A stretch of DNA of 64,000 nucleotides from Candidatus Deferrimicrobiaceae bacterium (GTDB taxonomy: Bacteria; Methylomirabilota; Methylomirabilia; Rokubacteriales; CSP1-6). Below are positions 1-9,272 of the stretch, piece by piece. Below the pieces are notes generated by a model. That model was not told the origin of the DNA and made no database searches. It saw only the letters and a list, made by a program, of their open reading frames with translations. The stretch lies in assembly GCA_035463855.1 (NCBI GenBank), contig DATHSW010000395.1:121-64120 (forward strand). Reading direction: 5' to 3'. The stretch's first letter is position 1; each line of letters starts with the position of its first letter. A program made the translations under genes and the position numbers.

Positions 1-177
1 CTCTTCTGCCTCGGTGGCGCGCTCGGCGCGTGGGCGGAGAGGAAGTATCCCCGGTGGTCGGAGGAGCTCACCTTCCCGGTGGCCTCGGGCTGGATCGCCG
101 GGGAGAGCCTCATGGGCGTACTGCTCGTGATGTGGCAGAACGGGCCCGAGCTCGCGCGGAAGCTGTTCGGCTACTGA
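1..177 (+). CDS. 3' end of an OPT-family oligopeptide-transporter-like membrane protein gene (5' end outside the window)
   Basis: Frame +1 is open from base 1 and reads ...TFPVASGWIAGESLMGVLLVMWQNGPELARKLFGY before TGA at 175-177. The hydrophobic tail resembles OPT transporter C-termini. Confidence 0.4.
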   Translation, partial: LFCLGGALGAWAERKYPRWSEELTFPVASGWIAGESLMGVLLVMWQNGPELARKLFGY

Positions 178-183
178 GGACGC

Positions 184-2601
184 TCACCGCCGCTCCGCTT
201 CCGCCGCCGCGACCGCCTCGAGGCCGCGCACGATCGCGTCCGGATTGAGCGAGATGCTGGTGATGCCCCTCCCCACGAGGAACCGGACCATGTCGGGATA
301 GTCACTCGGCGCCTGGCCGCAGATCCCGACCTTGCGTCCCGCGCGGCGCGCTCCGTCGATGATCATGCCGATCATGCTGAGGACCGCCGGATTGCGCTCG
401 TCGAACTCGGGCGCGACCAGCTCAGAGTCCCGGTCCACGCCCAGCACGAGCTGGGTGAGATCGTTGGAGCCGATCGAGAACCCGTCGAAGAGGGCCGCGA
501 ACTCGTCGGCCAGGATCGCGTTGGAAGGAATCTCCGCCATCACGTAGACCTCGAGGCCGTTCGCGCCGCGCGCGAGGCCGTTGGCCGCGAGGAGATCGAG
601 CACCCGCCGACCCTCGACCGGGGTCCGGCAGAACGGGATCATCAGCTTCACGTTGGTGAGGCCCATCTGCTCGCGGACGCGGCGCAGGGCCCGGCACTCG
701 AGATCGAACGCATCCCGGTAGCGCGGGTGCGCGTACCGGAACGCGCCCCGGAACCCCAGCATGGGATTGCCTTCCTCGGGCTCGAAGTCCCGACCGCCCA
801 CGAGCCCCGCGTACTCGCTGGACTTGAAGTCCGAGAGCCGGACGATCACGTCCTTGGGGTGGAAGGCGGCCGCGATCACCGCCACGCCCTCGGCCAGGCG
901 CTCGACGAAGTACTCCCCGCGGTCCGCGTACCCCGCCGTCAGCGTGTCGATCTGGGCCCTCACGGCCGCGTCGCGGACCCGGTCCGGGTGGAGCAGCGCG
1001 AGCGGATGCACGCGCACGAAGCTCGCGATGATGAACTCGATGCGGGCCAGGCCCACCCCGTCGTTCGGGAGCGCGGCCAGGCGGAAGGCCTCGCCCGGAT
1101 TGCCGACGTTGAGCATCACCTTGGTCTCGGTCCGGGGCATCGCGGCCAGGTCCACCTGCCGGCGCTCGAAGGCCAGCGCGCCCCGGTAGACCGAGCCGGT
1201 CTCCCCTTCGGCGCAGGACACGGTCACCACCTGGCCGTCGCCCAGCACTTCCGTCCCGTTGCCGGTACCGACCACGCACGGCACCCCGAGCTCCCGGCTG
1301 ACGATGGCGGCGTGGCAGGTGCGGCCTCCGCGATCGGTCACGATCGCCGCCGCGCGCTTCATGATCGGCTCCCAGTCCGGGTCCGTCATCGAGGCGACCA
1401 GCACCTCGCCGGCCCGGAAGACCTCCAGGTCGCGCGGGTCCCGTAGCCGCCGCGTCGGCCCGACTCCGATCCGCTGGCCGATGGCCGCGCCGGTGACGAG
1501 CCGCTCGCGCCCGACGCCCGACGGCAGCGAGAAGATCTCGAGGTGCGACCGCCGCGCCGCGCGATGGACCGTCTCGGGCCGCGCCTGCAGGATGTAGAGC
1601 CGGCCGTCGTCGGCGTCTTTCGCCCACTCGATGTCCATCGGCATCGCGTGGCCGGCCTTGCGCGAGTAGTGCGCCTCGATCGCGATCGCGAAGCGGCCCA
1701 GCTCCAGCGCCTCCGCGTCGCCGAGACTGGCGGAGCGCTGGGCCTCCGCCGGCACCGGAGCCCGCTCGGTCTGCCCGCCCGCTCCCATGACGAGCTTCCA
1801 CGTCTTCCGGACGATCTTCCGCTTCAGGAGGGCTTGATGGCCAGCCCGCAGCGTCGGCTTGAAGATCCAGAACTCGTCGGGATCGAGCTGGCCCTGCACG
1901 ACCGCCTCGCCCAGCCCGAAGGCGGCATTGACGAGGACCACATCGGGAAACCCGCTGTCGGGATCCAGGGTGAACAGGACGCCCGAGCTGGCCCGGTCGG
2001 ACGCGACCATCTTCTGGACCGCGATGGACAGGGCCACGCTCAGGTGATCGAAGCCGTTCTGGATGCGGTACACGATGGCGCGGTCGGTGAAGATGGAGGC
2101 GAAGCAGCGCCGGCAGGCGGTCAGCAGCGCCGCCTCGCCCCGGACGCCCAGGTAGCTCTCGTGCTGGCCGGCGAAGCTCGCCTGGGGAAGATCCTCCGCG
2201 GTGGCGCTCGAGCGGACCGCCACCTCCGGCTGCTCGGATCCATACTCGCGCGCGAGCCGCCGGTAGGCCGAGACGATTCCCTCTTCGAGCTCGGGCGGGA
2301 GCGGAGCTGATTCGACGAGCTCGCGGAGCCGGGCGCCCGCGACGGCCAGCGCCGCCACGTCCTCACCCGTGACCCCCTTCAAGATGGTGGCGAGCCGATC
2401 TCGCAATCCGTTGCCGTCGAGGAGGGTCCGATAGGCGGCCGCGGTGATCGCGAACCCGTTGGGGACGCGCACCCCGGCCGCGCCCAGCTCGCCGTACAGC
2501 TCGCCGAGCGAGGCGGTCTTGCCCCCGACCCGCGGGACGTCCGCGAGCCGGATCTCCCGGAACCACTTGATGAAGGGCGTCCCGGAGGTCCGTTCACTCA
2601 T
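184..2601 (-). CDS. ppsA: phosphoenolpyruvate synthase (pyruvate, water dikinase)
   Basis: 805-aa ORF with ATP-grasp N-terminus (VGGKTASLGE), swivel His region GGRTCHAAIVSRELGVPCVVG and a PEP-utilising C-terminal barrel (GFSIGSNDLTQL). Its start overlaps the stop of the upstream permease. Confidence 0.92.
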   Translation of the reverse strand: MSERTSGTPFIKWFREIRLADVPRVGGKTASLGELYGELGAAGVRVPNGFAITAAAYRTLLDGNGLRDRLATILKGVTGEDVAALAVAGARLRELVESAPLPPELEEGIVSAYRRLAREYGSEQPEVAVRSSATAEDLPQASFAGQHESYLGVRGEAALLTACRRCFASIFTDRAIVYRIQNGFDHLSVALSIAVQKMVASDRASSGVLFTLDPDSGFPDVVLVNAAFGLGEAVVQGQLDPDEFWIFKPTLRAGHQALLKRKIVRKTWKLVMGAGGQTERAPVPAEAQRSASLGDAEALELGRFAIAIEAHYSRKAGHAMPMDIEWAKDADDGRLYILQARPETVHRAARRSHLEIFSLPSGVGRERLVTGAAIGQRIGVGPTRRLRDPRDLEVFRAGEVLVASMTDPDWEPIMKRAAAIVTDRGGRTCHAAIVSRELGVPCVVGTGNGTEVLGDGQVVTVSCAEGETGSVYRGALAFERRQVDLAAMPRTETKVMLNVGNPGEAFRLAALPNDGVGLARIEFIIASFVRVHPLALLHPDRVRDAAVRAQIDTLTAGYADRGEYFVERLAEGVAVIAAAFHPKDVIVRLSDFKSSEYAGLVGGRDFEPEEGNPMLGFRGAFRYAHPRYRDAFDLECRALRRVREQMGLTNVKLMIPFCRTPVEGRRVLDLLAANGLARGANGLEVYVMAEIPSNAILADEFAALFDGFSIGSNDLTQLVLGVDRDSELVAPEFDERNPAVLSMIGMIIDGARRAGRKVGICGQAPSDYPDMVRFLVGRGITSISLNPDAIVRGLEAVAAAEAERR

Positions 2602-3826
2602 AGCGGAGCGCCTCGATCGGCTTGAGCCGGGACGCCTTCCGGGCCGGGTAGTAGCCGAAGAAGACCCCGACGGCGGCGGCGAAGAGGAAGGCGGGCAGGA
2701 CGGCGGACCACGAGACCAGCACGCTCCACTGGAAGAGGTAGCCGAGCGCGTAGGACGCGACGACCCCGACTCCGATGCCGATCAAGCCTCCCGCCAGCGA
2801 GACGACCACGGCCTCGATCAGGAACTGGCCCAGGATGTCCCGACGCCGCGCCCCCACCGCCCGGCGCAGGCCGATCTCCCGGGTCCGCTCCGTCACCGAG
2901 ACCAGCATGATGTTCATGATGCCGATGCCCCCCACCACCAGCGACACCGCGGCCACCGCCGCCAGGAGCAGGCTGAGCACCCGGGAGGCCGCTTCCTGGC
3001 TGGCCAGGATCTCGGCCAGGTTCCGGATGGTGAAGTCGTCTTCCTCGTTCGGCTGGAGGCGGTGCCGCTGGCGGAGCAGGTCGCGGATCTGCGACTCGGC
3101 TTCCGTCATGCGGCCGGCCTCCGTGACCTTGACGAGGATCGAGCCCACCACGCGGGCATTGGCCTGGCTCACCCCGAGGACCCTCTTCTTCGCGGTGGAG
3201 AGCGGGACGACCAGCGTGTCGTCCTGGTCGTCCCCCCGAGTGCTCTGCCCCTTCCGCGCCAGGACCCCGACCACGGTGAACGGCACCTGCTTGATCCGGA
3301 CGATCTGCTCGAGCGGGTCGGTGCCGCCGAAGAGGTTCTCGGCGACGGTCTGCCCCAGCACGACCACCTTGCTCGCCGCGTCCACGTCGTCCCAGGTCAG
3401 GAGCCGGCCCGACACCGCGCCCCAGTCGCGGGCCTGGAAGTACTCGGGGGTCACGGCCTGCAGCGCGGTCGCCCAGTTGCTGCTCCCGAACACGACCTGG
3501 ACGCCGCCGCGCATCACCGGCGCGGCGACCTGCACGCTCGGCACGTCGCGCTGGATCGCCCAGGCGTCGTCCTCCGTGATCGTGAGCTGGCTGCCCGCGC
3601 CGAGCCGGACCCCCCCGGAGGTGATGGAGCCCGACAGCACCATGATCAGGTTCGATCCCAGGCTGCGGATCTGCTCGGCGACCCGCGCCTGCGCGCCGGC
3701 CCCGAGGGCCATCATCGTGACCACCGCCCCCACCCCGATGATCACCCCGAGGGCGGTGAGCGCCGTCCGGAGCCGGTTCGTCTGGAGCGCGCCCGCCGCC
3801 ATCTGGACCGTGGCCGCGGCTTTCAT
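2594..3826 (-). CDS. ABC transporter permease, MacB/FtsX family
   Basis: 410 aa. N-terminal TM helix (LTALGVIIGVGAVVTMM), large periplasmic domain and C-terminal FtsX-type helices (REIGLRRAVGARRRDILGQFLIEA). Overlaps both neighbouring genes. Confidence 0.85.
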   Translation of the reverse strand: MKAAATVQMAAGALQTNRLRTALTALGVIIGVGAVVTMMALGAGAQARVAEQIRSLGSNLIMVLSGSITSGGVRLGAGSQLTITEDDAWAIQRDVPSVQVAAPVMRGGVQVVFGSSNWATALQAVTPEYFQARDWGAVSGRLLTWDDVDAASKVVVLGQTVAENLFGGTDPLEQIVRIKQVPFTVVGVLARKGQSTRGDDQDDTLVVPLSTAKKRVLGVSQANARVVGSILVKVTEAGRMTEAESQIRDLLRQRHRLQPNEEDDFTIRNLAEILASQEAASRVLSLLLAAVAAVSLVVGGIGIMNIMLVSVTERTREIGLRRAVGARRRDILGQFLIEAVVVSLAGGLIGIGVGVVASYALGYLFQWSVLVSWSAVLPAFLFAAAVGVFFGYYPARKASRLKPIEALRYE

Positions 3827-4536
3827 GCCGCCCGGGCCTCCCGGCGGTCCCGCACCGGCTCGTCGCCCACCAGCATCCCGTCACGGAAGCTCAGAACGCG
3901 CTGCGCGTATTGCGCGATGTCCGGCTCGTGCGTCACCAGCACGATGGTCAGCCCGGTCCGGTGAAGCCCCTGGACGACGGCCATGATCTCGCCGCTGGTC
4001 CGCGTGTCGAGGTTGCCGGTCGGCTCATCGGCCAGGAACAGGATCGGATCGTTGACGAGCGCGCGCGCGATGGCCACCCGCTGCTGCTCGCCTCCCGACA
4101 GCTGCGCGGGACGGTGCGCGGCCCGCCCCTCGAGCCCCACCGCCTCGAGCTTGCGCTGCGCCCGTTCGCGGCGCTCGCGGCCGGAGACGTCGGCGTAGAG
4201 CAGCGGCACCTCGACGTTGGCCCGGGCGGTGATCCGCGGCAGCAGGTTGAACTGCTGGAAGACGAACCCGATGCGTCGGTTACGGATCCCCGACAGCTCG
4301 TCGTCGTCCAGGCTCGACACGTCGCGGCCTTCCAGCAGGTAGCGGCCCGCCGTCGGCGTGTCGAGGCAGCCCAGGATCGTCATGAACGTGGACTTGCCGG
4401 ACCCGGACGGTCCCATGACCGCGACCATCTCGCCGGCCGCGATCGAGACCGAGACCCCGCGGAGGGCGTGGACGACGTGGTTCCCGAGCGGATACTCCTT
4501 GTGAAGCTCCTGGGCGTCGATCAGAGGGGTAGTCAT
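3823..4536 (-). CDS. ABC transporter ATP-binding protein (MacB/LolD-like)
   Basis: Walker [10 protein letters not shown], signature [15 protein letters not shown], Walker [14 protein letters not shown]. Start set at ATG 4536 (MTTPLIDAQ), because the track ORF's 79 extra N-terminal codons run through the promoter module. Confidence 0.85.
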   Translation of the reverse strand: MTTPLIDAQELHKEYPLGNHVVHALRGVSVSIAAGEMVAVMGPSGSGKSTFMTILGCLDTPTAGRYLLEGRDVSSLDDDELSGIRNRRIGFVFQQFNLLPRITARANVEVPLLYADVSGRERRERAQRKLEAVGLEGRAAHRPAQLSGGEQQRVAIARALVNDPILFLADEPTGNLDTRTSGEIMAVVQGLHRTGLTIVLVTHEPDIAQYAQRVLSFRDGMLVGDEPVRDRREARAA

Positions 4537-4594
4537 CAGCGACCAATCCGTGCCCTTCATCCTGATCCCGGTGAACGGTGTAGCTCGCGAGGGC

Positions 4595-4610
4595 TGCATC
4601 ACCAGTGCCA
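4595..4610 (-). promoter_or_regulatory. sigma-54 type -24/-12 promoter for the ABC exporter-ppsA operon
   Basis: Minus strand reads TGGCAC-TGGTG-ATGCA, about 60 nt upstream of ATG 4536. Confidence 0.6.
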
Positions 4611-4697
4611 GGCGGCAGCTCCATCGATTCAAGAGCTTGCCATCGTTTCCCGGGCCACCGCGGGGGCGCTCCCGCCCCGGTGTGGCCGCGGCGCCCC
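4595..4697 (-). repeat. 103-bp conserved promoter module, copy 1 of 3 (sigma-54 promoter plus upstream conserved block)
   Basis: Aligns without gaps over the same 103-bp length with 57155-57257 (high identity) and 24163-24265 (lower identity). Shared blocks are tgca(t/a)..gtgcca, cgattca, and ccgcccc..tgtggccg...cgcccc. Confidence 0.7.
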
Positions 4698-4797
4698 GCT
4701 TCTCCTTGATGGCGTTGCCCTGGCGGAACCGGGCGTCGAACCGGGGGCGTCGGGCGCGCCCGTGTTCCGCCATCTCCGCGGCCGAGCGTACCGCCTG

Positions 4798-4995
4798 CTA
4801 TGCCTTCGCGAAGTGCTCCTTGAGGTGAGCGACGAGGCGCTGGAGCTGCTCCTCGTCCGTCTTGCGCATGTATTCCCACAGCTGCCCGCAGCTCGGGCAC
4901 TGCTTGGCGTCGTTGCGGAACGTGCCGTAACGATGCAGCCCCTTCGAGAGAATCGATGCGGTTTCCATCATGTCGTACGTCGCGTTGTCGAGCAT
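4798..4995 (-). CDS. small hypothetical protein (65 aa) with one CxxC pair
   Basis: MLDNATYDMMETASILSKGLHRYGTFRNDAKQCPSCGQLWEYMRKTDEEQLQRLVAHLKEHFAKA. A GGAG ribosome-binding site lies upstream of ATG 4995 and the gene has its own -24/-12 promoter. No family recognised. Confidence 0.5.
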   Translation of the reverse strand: MLDNATYDMMETASILSKGLHRYGTFRNDAKQCPSCGQLWEYMRKTDEEQLQRLVAHLKEHFAKA

Positions 4996-5061
4996 CCTGG
5001 AGTTCTCCTTTCGGTCCGGCCGGTTTCGAAGCCCGTCGACACCCCCGGTGGCCAGAGGTGC

Positions 5062-5077
5062 AGCAAGGTTGTTGCCA
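5062..5077 (-). promoter_or_regulatory. sigma-54 type -24/-12 promoter for the 65-aa gene
   Basis: Minus strand reads TGGCAA-CAACC-TTGCT, about 65 nt upstream of ATG 4995. Confidence 0.55.
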
Positions 5078-5284
5078 GTCGTGAGCGCGCCGCAAGTCGT
5101 GAAGTCTGATCGTTCGTGCTTCGCTGAACGCGGGCTGTCGCCGCGCTTCCTGTGGAGCCCCTGCCCCGAGTGGGGCAGGCGCGGGACACGATCGGCCGCC
5201 GTCGCGAGCGCGGCCGCGCCACATCTGGCAAGGCATGTTGGCCGCTTCGGCGCATTGTGCGTGCGCGGGCGCCCGGCCGCCGGC

Positions 5285-5300
5285 TGGTGCGGGACTTGCA
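5285..5300 (+). promoter_or_regulatory. candidate sigma-54 promoter for the AOR-PIMT gene (weaker -24 box)
   Basis: TGGTGC-GGGAC-TTGCA, with GG and GC at correct spacing, 27 nt upstream of ATG 5327. Confidence 0.4.
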
Positions 5301-5326
5301 CGAGAGGCGCCACGAGGGAGGAGTAC

Positions 5327-7903
5327 ATGGCCCGAGGGTTCATGGGCAAGATCCTCAACGTTGATCTCTCCACTCGCCGGATATGGAACGAGGCCCTGGA
5401 CGAATCCCTGTGCCGACGCTTTCTGGGAGGCTACGGGCTCGGCGCGAAGCTCCTCTATGACCGGATTCCACCCGGAGTCGATGGCCTGGGCCCCGACAAT
5501 CTCCTCGGCTTCTTCACCGGACCGCTGACGGGTACACCCGCGATCGAAGGCAATCGTTTCGTCGTGGTCGCGAAGTCCCCATTGACCGGCACCTGGGGTG
5601 ACGCCAATTGCGGTGGCACCTTTGGCCCCCATCTGAAGTTCGCCGGCTACGATGGCATCCTGTTCCGGGGCATCGCTGACACACCCGTCTACCTGTTCAT
5701 CGACGATGGCATGCCGCAGTTGCGCGAGGCCGAGTTCCTGTGGGGCAAGGACACCAACGAGACGGAGGACACGCTCAAGGAAGTCCTCGGCGCGAGCGCC
5801 GGTCGCGGTGGCCGGGCGATCGAGATCGCCTCGATCGGACCGGCGGGCGAAAAACAGAGCCTGATCGCGGCCATCATCAACGACAAGGGGCGGGCGGCCG
5901 GCCGCTCCGGGCTGGGCGCGGTGATGGGCAGCAAGCGCCTGAAGGCGATCGCGGTGTCGGGCCGTGCCACGGTGCCCCTCTTCGACGCCGACCGGGTCCG
6001 GGCCCTGCGGGAGCAGTACCTGAAGCGCCACGACGGGGCCTACGAGCTCTTCGTCAAGTACGGCACCATCGGGATCACCGCCGGTTCGATCCTGAGCGGG
6101 GATGCGCCGGTGAAGAACTGGGGCGGGGTTGGCTCCGTGGATTTCCCGCGCGGCGCGGTCGCGTTCGATCCGGACACGGTGATCGCATACCAGGACCGGA
6201 AATACGGCTGCTGGCAGTGCACGATGGCGTGCGGCGGACACATGTCGGTCAAGGAGCCGGGGCCGTACCGGGGCGTGGCGCATCACAAGATCGAGTACGA
6301 GACGGCCGGGGCCTGGGGAACGATGACGCTCACCGAAGACGTTCCCGCCCTGATCAAGATCAACGAGCTGTGCAATCGCTACGGGCTCGACACGATCGCC
6401 GCCGGCTGCACGGCCGCGTTCGCCATCGAATGCTACGAGGCGGGACTCATCACCAGCGCGGATACCGATGGTCTGGAGCTCACCTGGGGCAACGCGGCCG
6501 CCCTGGTCGCCCTCGCGGAGAAGATGGGCCGGCGCGAGGGATTCGGCGAGGTGCTGGCGGACGGCGTGAAGCGCGCCGCGGAGCGGATCGGGAGCGGATC
6601 AGAAGCCTACGCCATGCACGTGCAGGGCGCAGAGGTTCCCATGCACGACCCGAAGTACCAGCCGGGGCTGGCCACCGCGTACACGATGGACGCCACTCCC
6701 GGGCGGCATACCCAGGGCCACGAGGACATGCCCCCCCTCGTGAAGAGCTGGCCGGAGCACGACAAGTACCGCTGGACCGGCAAGGGAGAGCTCCACAAGC
6801 AGTGCGTGGAAATGGTCCACGTGGTCAACGCGGCGGGCGTCTGCCTGTTCGCGTACCTCGCGTATGACTGGCAGTTCATGCCCGATTTCTTGAGCGCGGT
6901 GACCGGCTGGCCGATCGATACCGCGGAGTGTCATCTCATCGGCGAGCGCATCGCCAATATCCGCCACGCGTTCAACGTGCGCGACGGCCTCAACCCGATC
7001 CGCTTCGAGCTGCCGGCGCGCGTGATCGGCGATCCGCCGCAGACCGCGGGCAACGTGCGCGGCATCACCGTGGACGTCAGCACGCAGGTCCGCGAGTACT
7101 GCCAGGCCATGGATTGGGACCCGGAGACCGCGCGCCCCAGTGAAGCGCGGCTCCACGCTCTGGAGCTCGACGAGGTCGCGCGAGACCTGTACGCACGGCC
7201 CGAGGAGCGTGAGATCGGGCGGCCGGGAACTCGAGACTTCAGGGACGAGCGCGAACGGATGGTCGACACTCAGATCGCAGCTCGCGGCATCCGGGATCCC
7301 TGGGTGCTCCACGCCATGCGGACGGTCCCCCGTGAGCGCTTCATCCCGGCCTCGCTCGAGGACTCCGCCTACGACGACGGGCCGTTGCCGATCGGAGAGG
7401 GCCAGACGATCTCCCAGCCCTATATCGTGGCGCTGATGACCGAGGCGGTTCAGCCCCGGCCGGGGGACCGTGGCCTCGAGATCGGAACCGGGTCGGGGTA
7501 TGCCGCGGCGGTGCTCGCCACGATCGTGTCGGACGTCTACACCGTCGAGCGCGTCGGCTCCCTGGCCGATGGCGCTCGACGACACCTGGCGGCGGTCGGC
7601 TATCGCAATGTTCACGTGCTCCACGGAGACGGGACCCTCGGCTGGCCGGAGCACGCTCCCTACGACGCCATCATCGTGACGGCCGGCGGTCCCTTCGTGC
7701 CCCCGGCGCTGCTCGAGCAGCTCGCCATCGGCGGGCGCCTGGTCATGCCGGTCGGGTCGGTGCTTCGCTTTCAGCGCCTGGTTCGCGTGACCCGTATGGC
7801 GGCGGACAGCTACGCCCGCGAAGAACTCGAGGAGGTGGCCTTCGTCCCCCTGATCGGCGAGCAGGGCTGGAGTCCCCCCCGCAAGCGGGCTGGGGAGAGA
7901 TGA
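5327..7903 (+). CDS. aldehyde:ferredoxin oxidoreductase (tungsto/molybdopterin AOR family) fused in frame to a C-terminal protein-L-isoaspartate O-methyltransferase domain
   Basis: Start MARGFMGKILNVDLS follows the ribosome-binding site GGGAGGAG. AOR motifs are GGYGLGAKLLYD and DANCGGTFGPHLKFAGYDG, and a typical AOR C-terminus (REYCQAMDWDPETARP) ends near residue 620. Residues about 645-858 are PIMT (GQTISQPYIVALM, LEIGTGSGYAAAVLA, PYDAIIVTAGG). No stop codon lies between the two parts. Confidence 0.8.
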   Translation: MARGFMGKILNVDLSTRRIWNEALDESLCRRFLGGYGLGAKLLYDRIPPGVDGLGPDNLLGFFTGPLTGTPAIEGNRFVVVAKSPLTGTWGDANCGGTFGPHLKFAGYDGILFRGIADTPVYLFIDDGMPQLREAEFLWGKDTNETEDTLKEVLGASAGRGGRAIEIASIGPAGEKQSLIAAIINDKGRAAGRSGLGAVMGSKRLKAIAVSGRATVPLFDADRVRALREQYLKRHDGAYELFVKYGTIGITAGSILSGDAPVKNWGGVGSVDFPRGAVAFDPDTVIAYQDRKYGCWQCTMACGGHMSVKEPGPYRGVAHHKIEYETAGAWGTMTLTEDVPALIKINELCNRYGLDTIAAGCTAAFAIECYEAGLITSADTDGLELTWGNAAALVALAEKMGRREGFGEVLADGVKRAAERIGSGSEAYAMHVQGAEVPMHDPKYQPGLATAYTMDATPGRHTQGHEDMPPLVKSWPEHDKYRWTGKGELHKQCVEMVHVVNAAGVCLFAYLAYDWQFMPDFLSAVTGWPIDTAECHLIGERIANIRHAFNVRDGLNPIRFELPARVIGDPPQTAGNVRGITVDVSTQVREYCQAMDWDPETARPSEARLHALELDEVARDLYARPEEREIGRPGTRDFRDERERMVDTQIAARGIRDPWVLHAMRTVPRERFIPASLEDSAYDDGPLPIGEGQTISQPYIVALMTEAVQPRPGDRGLEIGTGSGYAAAVLATIVSDVYTVERVGSLADGARRHLAAVGYRNVHVLHGDGTLGWPEHAPYDAIIVTAGGPFVPPALLEQLAIGGRLVMPVGSVLRFQRLVRVTRMAADSYAREELEEVAFVPLIGEQGWSPPRKRAGER

Positions 7904-7918
7904 GGATCCGCGCGAGCC

Positions 7919-9256
7919 GTGCCGTCTCCAACGTCCCGCTCGTCGCGCCTCGAACCGTACGGCCTGCACCGCCCGGAGCTGCGCGCCTGGGTGATGTACG
8001 ACTGGGCGAACTCGGCGTTCATGACCACGGTGGTCGCGGCCGTCTTCCCGATCTACTTCGCCCGGGTGGCCGCGGCCGCCTTGCCCCCCGCTACCGCGAC
8101 GTTCCGCTTCGGCCTTGCCACGACCATCGCTCTGGCCATCGTGGCGATCATGGCGCCCGTGTTCGGGGCGATCGCCGACTACGCGGCGTACAAGAAGCGG
8201 CTGCTCTTCGCCTTTCAGACGGTCGGCGTCGGCGCGACCGCGGGCATGTGCTTCATCGGCCAGGGCGACTGGCTTCTGGCCCTCGCGCTCTTCATGCTCG
8301 GCAACATCGGCGTGTACGGCGCCTTCACCTTCTACGACTCACTGCTTCCTCACATCGCATCGGCATCCGAGATGGACCGCGTCTCCACCGCGGGCTATGC
8401 CGTCGGCTATCTGGGCGGCGGCCTGTTGCTCGCCGTGAATCTGGCCTGGATCCAGATGCCCGAGCGCTTCGGTCTGCCCGACGCCCACGCGGGCGCGCGG
8501 TTGTCATTCCTGAGCGTCGCCCTCTGGTGGATGGTCTTCTCGCTACCCCTCTTCCTGCGCATCCGGGAGCCGTCCCGCGGGCTCGCCCTCGGCGAGCAGC
8601 CCGACCTCAATCCCGTTGCGGCCGGATTCAGCCGCGTCGGCAAGACGCTGGGAGAGCTGCGGACCTACCGGCAGGCGCTTCTGCTGCTGACCGCGTTCCT
8701 CATATACAACGACGGGATCAGCACGATCATCCGGATGGCCGCCATCTTCGGCACCGAGATCGGCATCGGGACGGGCCACCTCATCACCGCGCTCCTGCTC
8801 GCGCAGGTCGTGGGCATCCCCTGCTCGTTCCTCTTCGCCCGCGTGGCCGGCTGGATGGGCACGAAGGCGGCGATCTTCCTCACCCTGGGCTGTTACACCG
8901 GCATCAGCGTACTCGGCTACTTCATGAGCACGGCGGCCCACTTCTACGCGCTGGCGCTCCTCGTGGGGACCGTGCAGGGGGGCAGTCAAGCGCTCAGTCG
9001 GTCCCTGTTCGCCACCATGGTGCCGCGTGACCGGTCCTCCGAGTTCTTCGGCTTCTTCGGGGTCTCCGAGAAGTTCGCGGGCATCATCGGTCCTCTCGTC
9101 TTCACCGGCACGATCGCGCTCTCCGGCTCCAGCCGTGGCGCCGTGCTGTCGGTCATCGTCTTTTTCATCGCCGGCGCAATCGTGCTGAGCCGAGTCGACG
9201 TGGACGAGGGGCAGCGCGTCGCCCGCCGTGCGGACCTGCGACGCGCGCGAGAATGA
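7919..9256 (+). CDS. MFS transporter (UMF1/Atg22-like family)
   Basis: 445 aa with about 12 predicted TM helices. The N-terminal motif WVMYDWANSAF is typical of this MFS subfamily. Confidence 0.7.
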   Translation: MPSPTSRSSRLEPYGLHRPELRAWVMYDWANSAFMTTVVAAVFPIYFARVAAAALPPATATFRFGLATTIALAIVAIMAPVFGAIADYAAYKKRLLFAFQTVGVGATAGMCFIGQGDWLLALALFMLGNIGVYGAFTFYDSLLPHIASASEMDRVSTAGYAVGYLGGGLLLAVNLAWIQMPERFGLPDAHAGARLSFLSVALWWMVFSLPLFLRIREPSRGLALGEQPDLNPVAAGFSRVGKTLGELRTYRQALLLLTAFLIYNDGISTIIRMAAIFGTEIGIGTGHLITALLLAQVVGIPCSFLFARVAGWMGTKAAIFLTLGCYTGISVLGYFMSTAAHFYALALLVGTVQGGSQALSRSLFATMVPRDRSSEFFGFFGVSEKFAGIIGPLVFTGTIALSGSSRGAVLSVIVFFIAGAIVLSRVDVDEGQRVARRADLRRARE

Positions 9257-9272
9257 GCGCGGACGAGAGGCC

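Noticed and set aside
422-1801. 459-aa ORF inside the ppsA region, along with many similar Arg/Gly/Pro-rich ORFs such as 4280-6286, 24425-28117, 40563-43499, 43885-47271 and 36242-37216
   Set aside because: They lie in alternative frames or on the opposite strand of genes with clear family signatures. They have low-complexity R/G/P/A composition and no motifs. They are typical shadow ORFs of very GC-rich DNA.
4621-4645. Possible IHF binding site (CAAgctcTTGAAT compared with YAANNNNTTGATW) inside the 103-bp promoter module
   Set aside because: It has one or two mismatches depending on the copy and lies unusually close to the -24 box. It cannot be distinguished from chance by eye, so it is left as part of the conserved module only.
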